From a virus (taxonomy: Duplodnaviria; Caudoviricetes): a stretch of 64,000 nt of DNA. The position numbers and the translations under genes are program-made. This document shows, one piece after another, positions 9,201 through 18,772 of the stretch; position 1 is the stretch's first letter, and each line of letters starts with the position of its first letter. The notes under the pieces are model-generated. The model was given only the letters and a program-made list of their open reading frames with translations. It searched no databases and was not told where the DNA came from. The stretch spans positions 1 through 64,000 of the IMG/VR virus record IMGVR_UViG_3300041409_000610; one strand, written 5' to 3'.

Positions 9201-9241
9201 CCCTCTTCGCTTCCCCCGCCCCGTGAGCGCATGAGGTAGAG

Positions 9242-9931
9242 ATGACCGCGAGCAAGACCCCGAACCTCGGCCTGATGTCGCCGGTGCTGTCGGACTCGTT
9301 CTCCCCGGACGACTTCGCTCAGACCTTTGGGATCCTGGATCAGCATCCGGGTATCGAGGTGGTCGCCAACCAGGCGGCCCGGCCGAGCAACCTGGGCTCG
9401 GCGCAGCACGGCCGGATGTACTGGCAGGCCGACTCGAACATCATGTGGGTCTGGAACCAGCCGATATCCACTGTGGCCGGTTTCTGGGTGCGTTCCGGCA
9501 CGAAGGGCTGGCTCGGCGGCGCTGGCAACGCGGCGCAGGTGAACACGACGGCGATCAGCGTCAGCACCGCGCCGACCATCGTCAACGTCAACACGCTCAT
9601 CCCCGGCGGCCGCCCGGTCATGATCCTCTACCGGTGGACCTTCATCGGCAACGACTCGGCGCGCTTCGCCACGATCAACCTGCTCGCAAACTCGTCGAGC
9701 GTCCAGGAGGCGCGGTTCAACGGCAATGGCTTCGGGGCCGCCTACTCCGCGTCCACGCCCTACCCGCCCCAGTCGCAGATGCACGGCTACCTCTACAGCG
9801 CGCCGGGCGCTCAGCAGAACGTGAACTTCCAGGTGAAGCTGCGCTGCCAGGACCCGGCCGTCGTCGGCTCGCAACAGGGCGGCGGCAGCTGCTTCATCAT
9901 CGGCACCAGCATGGACGTCTTCGAGCTGTGA
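9242..9931 (+). CDS. fibre-like structural protein
   Basis: KTPNLGL N-terminus and VANQAARPS...GRMYWQADSNIMWVW motif typical of actinophage minor tail/fibre proteins. Confidence 0.55.
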   Translation: MTASKTPNLGLMSPVLSDSFSPDDFAQTFGILDQHPGIEVVANQAARPSNLGSAQHGRMYWQADSNIMWVWNQPISTVAGFWVRSGTKGWLGGAGNAAQVNTTAISVSTAPTIVNVNTLIPGGRPVMILYRWTFIGNDSARFATINLLANSSSVQEARFNGNGFGAAYSASTPYPPQSQMHGYLYSAPGAQQNVNFQVKLRCQDPAVVGSQQGGGSCFIIGTSMDVFEL

Positions 9932-9941
9932 GGAGGAGCCG

Positions 9942-10811
9942 GTGAGCCTGTCCGATCGCCTGTGGATCAACCAGTACGACCCCGCTGTGCTGGGCATACA
10001 CGTCTACGCGCGCGGGCAGATCGGCGACCCCGACTCGAACCTGGTCCAGGTGACCATGAGGAGCGAGGACACCGCCGCGCCGGTCTTCATCAACCGCGCG
10101 GCCACCCGGGCCGACGTGGGCGCCTACGAGATCCAGCTGACCTCGGATGAGACGGCGGCCATCGGCCCCTTCGCGCTCACCTGGTCCTACGCGCTCAGCG
10201 GCGTCGGCGAGAGCTACACGACCCACGTCCAGGTCGGCGAGTTCAGCCCGGACTACGCGGCGCTCTCCGAGGGCATGAAGGGCGTCGTCGAGCAGGGCTG
10301 GAACCGCTTCGAGGACCTGTTCGACTCGCCGCTGGGCGGCCCGAACCTCCAGGTGTACGCCCAGAGCCACTTCAACCGGGGCCGGATCGCGCAGCTGTTG
10401 CGTTTCGCCGTCGGGCGGCTGAACACCGCAGCCCAGCCGTTCCAGACCTACACCCTCGACGGCGACGGCGGCGCGACCTTCCCGCTGACCCAGTGGGGTC
10501 CCCTGCTGGAACAGGCGCTCTACGTCGAGATCCTCAAGCACCTGCGCCGGTCCTACGTGGAACAGCCGCTGCTGATGGGCGGCGAGGTCACCCGGCACGA
10601 CCGGCGGGACTACATGGACCGCTGGAGCCAGGTGCTTTCCGACGAGCAGGCCCAGCTGAAGGAACAGCTCGACGTCTTCAAGATCCGCTCCATGGGTCTC
10701 GGGCGCCCGGCGGTGCTCGTGTCCGGTGGCGCGTACGGCCGTTCCCCCGCCGGGGTGCGGTACATGGGCACCCGAGGGCGGCCGCGCTTCTACCGGCCCG
10801 GACTGTACTGA
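9942..10811 (+). CDS. putative head-tail adaptor (neck) protein
   Basis: GAGGAGGAG RBS; Ig-like N-terminal half and helical C-terminal half (DRRDYMDRW); position. Confidence 0.55.
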   Translation: MSLSDRLWINQYDPAVLGIHVYARGQIGDPDSNLVQVTMRSEDTAAPVFINRAATRADVGAYEIQLTSDETAAIGPFALTWSYALSGVGESYTTHVQVGEFSPDYAALSEGMKGVVEQGWNRFEDLFDSPLGGPNLQVYAQSHFNRGRIAQLLRFAVGRLNTAAQPFQTYTLDGDGGATFPLTQWGPLLEQALYVEILKHLRRSYVEQPLLMGGEVTRHDRRDYMDRWSQVLSDEQAQLKEQLDVFKIRSMGLGRPAVLVSGGAYGRSPAGVRYMGTRGRPRFYRPGLY

Positions 10812-10819
10812 GGTGGCCG

Positions 10820-11494
10820 GTGACTCGATACCGCTTCCCGCAGGACCGGGCGACCTTCGTCTACGGAGATGACCTCTCACCGATCCTGACGCCTCCGCGC
10901 ACGGCCGTGGTGGTCTACACCGACCAGGCGCTGACGACCCTGGCCGACATCACCACCCTCGAAGGCCAGTCAGTCGCCCTGAGCACGCTGTACACCGACC
11001 ACGGCCTCCTGCCGGAGTTCCTGGGCCCGGACAGCGTCTCGCGGCTCTGGACGGGCCTCCAGGGCGGCATTGCCTATCCCCTGGACGCGCAGGCCTCGTC
11101 ACTGCTGGAGAACAGCGGCGTCGGCGGGACCGCCCGGCAGCTGTGGGCCACCGGCACGGCAGCGTCCGCGCTCTCGGGCCATCGCGCGGTGACCCCGGCT
11201 CCGGACGGCTCGCTGGGCTACGCCAGCAACGACAACGCCGCTCACCTGCACGCACCGCTGTGGATCACGTCTGGCGCGGCCTCCAGCGGCGCGCAGGTGG
11301 AGGCGCTGATGCTCGGCACCATGATCGAGCCCTCCTGGAGCTGGACCCCGGGACCGGTCTACCTCGGCGCGACCGGACAGCTCACCCAGACACCCCCGGC
11401 CGGGCCCGGGGCGCAGTTCCTCGCTCAGGTGGGCACGGCCACCAGCCCGACATCCCTATTCGTCGATCGCAGCCCGTCGATCAAGATCACGTAA
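10820..11494 (+). CDS. fibre/decoration-like structural protein
   Basis: GAGGT RBS, GTG at 10820; ALSGHRAV...EPSWSWTPGPVYLGATGQLTQTPP C-terminal domain. Confidence 0.65.
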   Translation: MTRYRFPQDRATFVYGDDLSPILTPPRTAVVVYTDQALTTLADITTLEGQSVALSTLYTDHGLLPEFLGPDSVSRLWTGLQGGIAYPLDAQASSLLENSGVGGTARQLWATGTAASALSGHRAVTPAPDGSLGYASNDNAAHLHAPLWITSGAASSGAQVEALMLGTMIEPSWSWTPGPVYLGATGQLTQTPPAGPGAQFLAQVGTATSPTSLFVDRSPSIKIT

Positions 11495-11503
11495 GGAAGG
11501 GCC

Positions 11504-12013
11504 ATGGCCGGAGACAAGTTCCTCTACAACAACGCTGGCACTCTCACAGAGAAGGTCTCGAACCAGACATCGGCGGGCGCGGGTGACGCGGGCAAGATCC
11601 CGGCGCTCGACGCGACGGGCCGCCTCGACAACTCCATGATGCCGGTGGGCATCGGCGCGGACACCGCCGTGATCACCGCCTCCGAGGCGCTGGCCGCCGG
11701 AGACCTGGTCAACATCTGGAACAGCACGGGAGCCAAGGTCCGCAAGGCTGACGCCTCGGTGGCGGGCAAGGAGGCGCACGGCTTCGTGCTCGCGGCCGTG
11801 CTCAGCGCCGCCGCCGCCACGGTCTACTTCGAGGGCACCGACACCCAGGTGACCGGGCAGACGCCCGGTCCGGTCTTCCTGTCGGCATCCACGCCAGGTC
11901 TGGCCACCGCCACGGCGCCGAGCGGAACGGGTCAGGTCGTCCAGCGGGTCGGCTTCGCCACCTCCGCCACGGCGATCAACTTCCAGTCGCAGCCGCCGGT
12001 CGTTCTGGCCTGA
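11504..12013 (+). CDS. fibre/decoration-like structural protein
   Basis: TAAGGAAGG RBS; DAGKIPALDATGRLD...ASEALAAGDLVNIW...VRKADA...GFVLAAV...VVQRVGFA. Confidence 0.7.
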   Translation: MAGDKFLYNNAGTLTEKVSNQTSAGAGDAGKIPALDATGRLDNSMMPVGIGADTAVITASEALAAGDLVNIWNSTGAKVRKADASVAGKEAHGFVLAAVLSAAAATVYFEGTDTQVTGQTPGPVFLSASTPGLATATAPSGTGQVVQRVGFATSATAINFQSQPPVVLA

Positions 12014-12414
12014 TGACCGCTCGCAGGCCGCTGACGCTGGTCTCCGGGGACATCCGCGAGATGCCCTCGGGGGACGTCGTGCTGCCCGCTGCCCAGGTGG
12101 CGCCGGTCACCCTGACCGATGCGACCACAGTGGCGACCAACGCTGCGCTGGGCAATCACTTCCGGGTGACGCTGGGCGGCAACCGGACCCTGGGCAACCC
12201 CACGAACGCGGTCGATGGCCAGAAGATCATCTGGGAGCTGATCCAGGACGGCACCGGCACGCGCACCATCACGCTCGACACGAAGTTCGTGCTGGGCACC
12301 GACCTGACGGCGGTGACTCTCTCGACGGCGATCAACAAGCGCGACTTCCTGGGCGCCTTCTACAACTCCGTGACGGACAAGTTCTACGTGACCGCGTTCG
12401 TCAAGGGGTACTGA
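12013..12414 (+). CDS. fibre-associated protein
   Basis: TGATG overlap; NHFRVTLGGNRTLGNPTN...LIQDGTGTRTIT motif of tail-fibre tip domains. Confidence 0.65.
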   Translation: MTARRPLTLVSGDIREMPSGDVVLPAAQVAPVTLTDATTVATNAALGNHFRVTLGGNRTLGNPTNAVDGQKIIWELIQDGTGTRTITLDTKFVLGTDLTAVTLSTAINKRDFLGAFYNSVTDKFYVTAFVKGY

Positions 12415-12424
12415 GGAGGCGGGC

Positions 12425-13081
12425 GTGACTCTGGAAGGGGCGTACAGCTTCGACGTCGATGGGACGGACTTCTCCGGGAATGGCCGGACCCTGACCCTCG
12501 GCGCGAACGCCGTGTCGGTCGCGGGCGGGCACACGAGCAACGCGCTGGGCAAGACCGGCGCCACCATGCCCGTCTTCCCCGGATCCCTGCTGACCGCGAC
12601 CCAGACCGACGACCGGTGCGTGATGTTCTGGGGCCAGGGTGCGCTGACCACCTGGTGGGTGCGCTGGGAAAAGGACGCGATCAACTCCGGTACCTGGGGC
12701 ATCTTGAACATCTCCGGGTCCATGGCCGTGCAGGCGCGGCGGGCCTCTGATGACTCCCAGCTGACCCGGCCGACTGGCACGGCGCCGAGCGCGGGCACGT
12801 GGCGGCACTACTGCGCCACCTATGTCCGCTCCACCGGTGTGGCCCGGATGCTCGTCAACGGCGTCCAGACCGGCACCCAGAGCTTCGCAGCCGGGACCCA
12901 GCTCACGATCAACGCGGACCGGATCAACATGGCCGAGTGGAGCACCACCGGTCCGGCCGTGGACGACATGCGCTTCTTCTCGAATGTGCCCACCGACCCC
13001 GAGATCACCACCTACATGAACACGGCCGTCACCGGCGGCCCGAGCCCGTACGTCACCAGCGCCTTCATGTCCTACTTCTGA
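12425..13081 (+). CDS. LamG/concanavalin A-like domain protein
   Basis: GTWRHYCATY...RMLVNG...VDDMRFFS pattern of LamG-like jelly rolls. Confidence 0.7.
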   Translation: MTLEGAYSFDVDGTDFSGNGRTLTLGANAVSVAGGHTSNALGKTGATMPVFPGSLLTATQTDDRCVMFWGQGALTTWWVRWEKDAINSGTWGILNISGSMAVQARRASDDSQLTRPTGTAPSAGTWRHYCATYVRSTGVARMLVNGVQTGTQSFAAGTQLTINADRINMAEWSTTGPAVDDMRFFSNVPTDPEITTYMNTAVTGGPSPYVTSAFMSYF

Positions 13082-13092
13082 GGAGGTGCTCG

Positions 13093-13821
13093 ATGCCCCT
13101 GCCCATCCCGCAGCCGCCGACTCCGAGTGCGGCCACTGGCGAGCGCTTCTACGTCCGCGCTCCGCAGAACTGGGCGATCGACCAGGAGCGTTACCGGCAC
13201 GACCAGGCGCTGTACACCATCGGTGAGTACTCGATCTTCTACCTGATGTGGTCGCTGCTCGACTTCGAAGCCGGGCTGGTGACCCGGTGCGCGCGCTGCT
13301 ACGGCACCAACGGGTCCCTGGACAACCGCAAGGCCAAGGTCTACAACCAGCCCTCGATCAACCGCTGCCCGGACTGCTTCGGCACCACCTTCGAGGGCGG
13401 CTACCGGGCGCGCATCGTCCGGCCCGCGCTCTGGGCCGACAACGACGAGGACGAGAAGCCCAACCGGCAGGGCATCGTGCACCCCGAGTCGGTGAACGTC
13501 GAGTCCACATGGGACTTCCGGATGCGCGAGGGCGACTACATCATCCGGGCCGACGCCTCCCGCTGGCGGCTGCCTGCCGCGCCGCGCCGGACCACGCTTC
13601 GCTCGGGCTACGACCACCCGGCCCAGGTCGACGCCGCGATCACCTACGCCCGGATGCAGGCCCGGCTGGAGGAGCCCGGCACGGTGGCCTACCTGCTGGA
13701 GCCGAGCAGCAAGATCGGCCTGCACACCCTGTTGACGACGCACAGTGACTTCCCACGACAGTTCCCGGAGTTCGAGGTGATCCGGGCACCGCTGATCCCG
13801 CCTGATGGAGTGCTCGACTGA
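13093..13821 (+). CDS. putative head-closure/neck protein with Zn finger
   Basis: AGGAGGT RBS, ATG at 13093; RCARCY...RCPDCFGTTFEGGY motif seen in myovirus neck proteins. Confidence 0.6.
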   Translation: MPLPIPQPPTPSAATGERFYVRAPQNWAIDQERYRHDQALYTIGEYSIFYLMWSLLDFEAGLVTRCARCYGTNGSLDNRKAKVYNQPSINRCPDCFGTTFEGGYRARIVRPALWADNDEDEKPNRQGIVHPESVNVESTWDFRMREGDYIIRADASRWRLPAAPRRTTLRSGYDHPAQVDAAITYARMQARLEEPGTVAYLLEPSSKIGLHTLLTTHSDFPRQFPEFEVIRAPLIPPDGVLD

Positions 13822-14228
13822 TGATCAACTACGTGCTGGATCTGCTGGCTGGCCCGGAGAGCCAGCTGGCCTTCCGGGCTGCCGAGGCCGAGGCGAATCC
13901 CGCCTGGCGGCAGTTCTACTGGAGCAGCGACACCGGCTTTCTGGACCTGAAGCGGCTGAGCGAGGACGAGGTGGCGGGCTGGGCACCGGTGCGCTACTCC
14001 TCCGACCCGCTCTCGCGGCCGGTCGCGAACGCGCTGACCAAGGTGGCCGAGTGCCGCGTGGCGATCCGGATCCCGTCGCACGCCGACTGCTCGCCGGAGA
14101 TGGCCTGGCTCGGATGGTGGGTCTCGGCGGCGGGACTGACGGTGCAGCTGCTGAGGGAGACCGAGGTTCTGGACTGGACGCCGCTCTACGAGGAGAGGGA
14201 GTCAGCCGATGGCGACCATGCCGAGTGA
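13821..14228 (+). CDS. hypothetical protein
   Basis: TGATG coupling; 135 aa; GC3-rich codons. Confidence 0.65.
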   Translation: MINYVLDLLAGPESQLAFRAAEAEANPAWRQFYWSSDTGFLDLKRLSEDEVAGWAPVRYSSDPLSRPVANALTKVAECRVAIRIPSHADCSPEMAWLGWWVSAAGLTVQLLRETEVLDWTPLYEERESADGDHAE

Positions 14229-14586
14229 GGCGACCGACGACAAGGGCCTTTTCGACCGGCTCGCCGACCGCGCCGACGCGATGTTCTCGCACCCGGCCTT
14301 CTTCGCGTTCGAGATCGCGCTGGTCATCGTCTGGGCCGCCTCGGGCTGGGCCTTCGACTGGTCCGACACCTGGCACCTGCTGATCAACACGCCGACGACG
14401 ATCATCACCTTCTTGCTCGTCGGCCTCTCGGCCAACACCACGCGCCGGTCGAACGCGGCCAGCCAGCAGAAGCTCAATGCCCTGGTGCTGGCGGTCGCGG
14501 ATCTCCCCAACATCGGAGAGAACGCGCGGCGCGAGCTGCGCTCGGCGATCGGTCTGGAGGACGACGAGGCGGCGCAGGATGCGTAG
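14209..14586 (+). CDS. low-affinity iron permease (Fet4-like) family small membrane protein
   Basis: IVWAASGWAFDWSDTWHLLINTPTTIITFLLVGLSANTTRR...QQKLNALV matches the family pattern [30 protein letters not shown]...KLDELI. Confidence 0.75.
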   Translation: MATMPSEATDDKGLFDRLADRADAMFSHPAFFAFEIALVIVWAASGWAFDWSDTWHLLINTPTTIITFLLVGLSANTTRRSNAASQQKLNALVLAVADLPNIGENARRELRSAIGLEDDEAAQDA

Positions 14587-14689
14587 CACAGAGTGACAGG
14601 AGAAAATGAAGCGTCAAGGCGCTGACCTGCGGAATTGACACTAGTGTAGCGATCTCGCCACCCTTGTGGCAAATACAGAAAGTGACGAA

Positions 14690-15406
14690 ATGGCTCCCAT
14701 CACCGCGCAGATCCTCCGGCTCGGGTCAGGCACCCCCGACCGGATGGTGATGCGCGCCGAGGGATACGGCCAGGACGTCACGCGCTACCTCGCGATCGAC
14801 GCTGTCTACACCGCCCGGATGAGCATGCCGCGCGTCACCGGCGCCACGGCCAGCCGCTTGACGCCGATCTACGAGGAGGGCTGGTTCGGGATCTACTTCC
14901 CGGACAGCTGGACCTGGTTCATGGAGCAGGGCACCGGCCCACGCACCATGCGGAGCCTGGCGGGCAAGACCGTGCCGATGTGGGTGTCCGATGAGGACGG
15001 TCAGATCCGAGCGAAGAACCCGAAGATCCGCAGGCGTACCACGATGGACGGCCGGACCCAGGTGCTCATCTTCCGCCGCGCGGCGCCGATCGGGCAGCGC
15101 AAGCAGGTCCGCCGCCGGAACAAGTGGACCGGCGAGATGGAGACCGTGTGGACGGTGGCCAGCTACCCGGGCGCGCCCGGCCGGATCAACCGGCGCTCCG
15201 ACGGCATGGGCTGGGGCCGGGGCGCGTCCGGACAGATCTCGGCAGGCAACACCGGAGTGCGCTGGCGGCACCCGGGCCTGCGCGCTCTCCAGTTCCTCAA
15301 CGCCGCGCTCTCCGGAGTGGCCTTCCGCTCGAACGTCCCGCTCACCACCGTCTACGCGACCGACGCGGCCGAGTGGGAGCACTTCCTGACCCGAGGAGGG
15401 CTCTGA
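14690..15406 (+). CDS. basic tail-completion/neck protein
   Basis: Arg-rich; WFMEQGTGPRTMRSLAGKTVPMW and WRHPG motifs; position before the tail terminator. Confidence 0.55.
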   Translation: MAPITAQILRLGSGTPDRMVMRAEGYGQDVTRYLAIDAVYTARMSMPRVTGATASRLTPIYEEGWFGIYFPDSWTWFMEQGTGPRTMRSLAGKTVPMWVSDEDGQIRAKNPKIRRRTTMDGRTQVLIFRRAAPIGQRKQVRRRNKWTGEMETVWTVASYPGAPGRINRRSDGMGWGRGASGQISAGNTGVRWRHPGLRALQFLNAALSGVAFRSNVPLTTVYATDAAEWEHFLTRGGL

Positions 15407-16086
15407 TGTACCGAGTTCCGCTCAAGGCCGCTGTGGTCGAGGCGCTAGAGTCGGTCTTCACCGACACCCACCCGAACGTCGATTTCCGGGGCCAGAACAA
15501 GCCGCTGGTGTCCATCGAGTACCCGGTGGAGCGAGCGCACTACCCGGGCGTCTGGGTGCAGTACGCCGACGACTCCGAGCTGAGCATCGCCGGGATCGGG
15601 CACGTCGAGATGGCCGTGGATGAGGCGAACAACCGGCTTATTGAGTACAGCCGGTGGATCTTCTCGGGCTCGGTGACGATGACCATCGTCGCGCTGTCGA
15701 GCTACGAGCGGGACCGGCTCTTCGACGAGGTCGTCCGGATCTACGTCGGCGCCCGGTTCAACCCCGGGCTGTCGAGCTTCCGGACCAGGATCGAGAGCAA
15801 CGACCTGATCGCGATCAACGCGAACTTCGACGACATCGAGCCGATGGGCGACGCCACGCCGATCGGCACCCCCTGGGGCACCGACGAGATCATCTATGAG
15901 ATCTCGCTGCGCTTCGACGTGCGCGGCGAGTTCCTGACCGATCAGCTCAACACCGAGCTGGTCCCGCTGTCCGGAGTCACCTTCATCGACTACGTCGAGG
16001 GCAGCCCCGAGCCGCCGTGGCCCGGCCCCGGTTCACCGACGGCCCCGCCCACTCCGGGCAACTGGGACCGCACCAACTGGAGCTGA
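15406..16086 (+). CDS. putative tail terminator protein
   Basis: GAGGAGG RBS, TGATG overlap; VSIEYP...YPGVWVQY...TIVALSSYERDRLFD; directly upstream of the sheath. Confidence 0.6.
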   Translation: MYRVPLKAAVVEALESVFTDTHPNVDFRGQNKPLVSIEYPVERAHYPGVWVQYADDSELSIAGIGHVEMAVDEANNRLIEYSRWIFSGSVTMTIVALSSYERDRLFDEVVRIYVGARFNPGLSSFRTRIESNDLIAINANFDDIEPMGDATPIGTPWGTDEIIYEISLRFDVRGEFLTDQLNTELVPLSGVTFIDYVEGSPEPPWPGPGSPTAPPTPGNWDRTNWS

Positions 16087-16090
16087 TCAT

Positions 16091-16126
16091 CCTGTCGGCT
16101 CCCCGGGTGCCCAACCCAACTGATGA
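16091..16126 (+). promoter_or_regulatory. conserved bipartite motif, copy 6
   Basis: CCTGTCG-N17-CCCAACT-GATGA upstream of the tail sheath gene. Confidence 0.7.
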
Positions 16127-16153
16127 ACGAGCACCTGCTGCCCGGAGGGGTCG

Positions 16154-17665
16154 ATGACCGCATCGCTGGACTTCAGCCAATACCGCCACCCCGGCGTGTA
16201 CGTGGACGCGGGTCAGAGCCCCACGATCGCCACGGCCGGGGTCGCCCCCACCGTCGTGTGCATCGTCGGCTCTGGAGTCGGCTACAACACCTTCACCGAG
16301 ACCATCAGCTTCGCCTCAGCGTCTGCGGTGCAGCTGACCAAGCGCGGGATCAACCCGGCGACGATCCAGGTGCGCGGGTACATCACCGACCCGAACGCCA
16401 CCGGTCAGAGCATCCCGTACCTGTTCGCGCCGGACGTCGGCGCGACGACGCACGACTACGCGGTCACCACGAACACCTCGGGCGGCACGGCGAACTCGAC
16501 CACGACGATCACCAAGTCGTCCGGTGGCAAGATCGAGACCGCGTACCCGCAGGTCACGGTGACCTACCAGTACACCGACGCGAGCTACCACTCGCTGAAC
16601 TTCTTCGAGGACTACACCTCGATCGTCGAGACGTACGGCCCGGCCCTGGACCCGACGACCGGCGCCCTGGTCAGCCCGATCACCTTCGCCGCCGGAGTGG
16701 CCGTCCTCAACGGCGCGAACCAGATCTACGCCATCGCGCTCGACCCCGCGATCGGCACCGTGGCCCAGCAGTTCTCCGACGCCTACCAGACGCTGTCGGC
16801 GAACAACATCAACGTGAACCTGGTGGTTCCCCTGTTCGACGGGGTAACCGACCAGGCGGCCCTCGGCGGCATGCTCGCGACGCTGAACGCGGCCCTCCAG
16901 GCGGACGCGAACAAGGGCATCCTGCGGATGGCCATCTGCGGTCTCGACCAGACCTACGCGGGCTCGATCGCGAACGTGGCGGCGCTGGCGAGCGGCATCA
17001 GCTCCAACCGGATCGTCATGGCCTACCCGAACCAGCTGGAGTACTACAACGGCGTCCTGAACCAGACGGTCACCGTGGACGGCTTCTACCTGGCCGCCGC
17101 CTACGCCGGGGTGGTCTCGCGCCAGGACATCCAGATGCCGCTGACGCACAAGACCGTCCAGGGCTTCTCGGCCATCACGGCCACGGTGCTCAAGACCCTG
17201 ACGCCGACGAACAAGGACACCCTGGCCAAGGGCGGCGTGGCGCTGGTCGAGCCCGACCGGCAGGGACGGCTGCGCGTCCGGCACGGCGTCACGACGAACT
17301 TCGGCGGCGGCATCCTCACGCGCGAGATCTCGCTGGTGCGGGTCCAGGACGGGCTTTACAACCTGCTCCAGGACACCATGGAGAACTCGGGCCTGATCGG
17401 CATCCCGATCACCGACGCCACCGCGCTCCAGGTCAAGAGCGTCGTCTCCGGCGCCCTGGAGACCGCGAAGAACACCAACGCGCTGATCGTCGACTACAAC
17501 TCGCTGGCCGTGCGCCAGCAGAGCCCGCCCTCGGGCGACCCGACGGTGATCGACGTCCGATTCGCCTACCGGCCGCCGTGGCCCCTGAACTACATCCTGG
17601 TCAGCTTCACCGTCGACACCTCGAACGCGGACGCCGTGTCGAACCTGAACCAGACCCTGACCTGA
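16154..17665 (+). CDS. tail sheath protein
   Basis: YRHPGVYV N-terminus; LAAAYAG...PLTHKTV...GVALVE...VRHGVTT...REISLVRVQD; VRFAYRPPWPLNYILVSF C-terminus. Confidence 0.9.
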   Translation: MTASLDFSQYRHPGVYVDAGQSPTIATAGVAPTVVCIVGSGVGYNTFTETISFASASAVQLTKRGINPATIQVRGYITDPNATGQSIPYLFAPDVGATTHDYAVTTNTSGGTANSTTTITKSSGGKIETAYPQVTVTYQYTDASYHSLNFFEDYTSIVETYGPALDPTTGALVSPITFAAGVAVLNGANQIYAIALDPAIGTVAQQFSDAYQTLSANNINVNLVVPLFDGVTDQAALGGMLATLNAALQADANKGILRMAICGLDQTYAGSIANVAALASGISSNRIVMAYPNQLEYYNGVLNQTVTVDGFYLAAAYAGVVSRQDIQMPLTHKTVQGFSAITATVLKTLTPTNKDTLAKGGVALVEPDRQGRLRVRHGVTTNFGGGILTREISLVRVQDGLYNLLQDTMENSGLIGIPITDATALQVKSVVSGALETAKNTNALIVDYNSLAVRQQSPPSGDPTVIDVRFAYRPPWPLNYILVSFTVDTSNADAVSNLNQTLT

Positions 17666-17696
17666 TCGCTCGACCAGCCTGAAAGGGGCCTGGAGC

Positions 17697-18185
17697 ATGC
17701 CCGATACCAAGGTCCGAGTCGTCGGCTCGGGGTTCAGCACCTTCAACTACCGAGGTCAGCCGATCGCCTTCCTGGAGGGCGTGGAGGACTCCGGTCAGCG
17801 AGCGTTCTCGGACGCGGGCCAGAGCTACCAGTTCATCCACCCGCTCGGCGCCCGGCACCCGGTCGAGATCGCGACCTCGCGTGTGCTCGCGGGCGGCACG
17901 CTGAACCTCACCATCCGCGAGCTGTGGGACGGGCCGATCTGGAACCAGCTGGCCGGGCTCGGCGGCGCGCAGAACATCGTCGACATCTACGAGATCCTCG
18001 CCAACGACCCGAGCTACGTGACCTGCCAGACGATCATCCAGCCGCCGGGCGGCCGCCGTCCGCGCGGGAAGGTCTATCACAACTGCGTGGTCGTCGACAT
18101 CGCCGACAACGACACGATCACCGTGGGCGCGCTCGCCGTGGCCAAGGGCATCGTCGTGGCGTATACGCACAGCACCGCACTCTGA
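17697..18185 (+). CDS. tail tube protein
   Basis: Follows the sheath; 162 aa beta-rich; IHPLGARHPVEI...GGTLNLTIRELW...YHNCVV. Confidence 0.8.
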   Translation: MPDTKVRVVGSGFSTFNYRGQPIAFLEGVEDSGQRAFSDAGQSYQFIHPLGARHPVEIATSRVLAGGTLNLTIRELWDGPIWNQLAGLGGAQNIVDIYEILANDPSYVTCQTIIQPPGGRRPRGKVYHNCVVVDIADNDTITVGALAVAKGIVVAYTHSTAL

Positions 18186-18196
18186 GAGGCCCCTCG

Positions 18197-18772
18197 ATGC
18201 CCGACCTCTTCGCCGACGAGGCGGCCGCTGAGGCGGCCTTCCAGCTACCCCCGGACCCCCGCGAGGAGATCCGGGCGCTCGGCAGCGGCTCGGCGTTCCC
18301 TGAGCACGCTGGGGACCGGGAACCGGCCAAGGAGGAGAAGCCCGCTCCGGAGCCGGTCGAGGAGGACGTCCCCGAGTTCGACCCCGCGCACCGGCAGCCG
18401 TTCAAGGGCCTGCTCTACGTCGGCGCGCTGACGAAGAGCTTCGAGCTGTTCGGCCACCGCTTCACGATCGCCACCCCGACCCAGACCGAGCGGCTCCAGA
18501 TCGGTCAGATCATCGAGCCCTTCCAGAACACGATGACTGCCGAGATCGCCTACCAGACCGCGCTGGTGGCCGCCTACCTCGTGGACATCGACGGCACGAA
18601 GCTGCCCGAGCCGGTGGTGACCAACCCGAAGGAGACGGCTCTGCACGACCGGTTCCGGTGGGCCTCAGAGAACCTCCGGCGCCCGGTGCTGGACAAGATC
18701 TTTGACGAGTGCCTGAAGCTCGATCACCAGGTGGACGAGGTGCTGGAGGCCATGGGAAAAGCGTCGGGCTGA
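18197..18772 (+). CDS. tail assembly chaperone (G-like)
   Basis: Between tube and tape measure; ends ATG GGA AAA GCG TCG GGC TGA, which contains the slippery GGGAAAA. Confidence 0.75.
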   Translation: MPDLFADEAAAEAAFQLPPDPREEIRALGSGSAFPEHAGDREPAKEEKPAPEPVEEDVPEFDPAHRQPFKGLLYVGALTKSFELFGHRFTIATPTQTERLQIGQIIEPFQNTMTAEIAYQTALVAAYLVDIDGTKLPEPVVTNPKETALHDRFRWASENLRRPVLDKIFDECLKLDHQVDEVLEAMGKASG

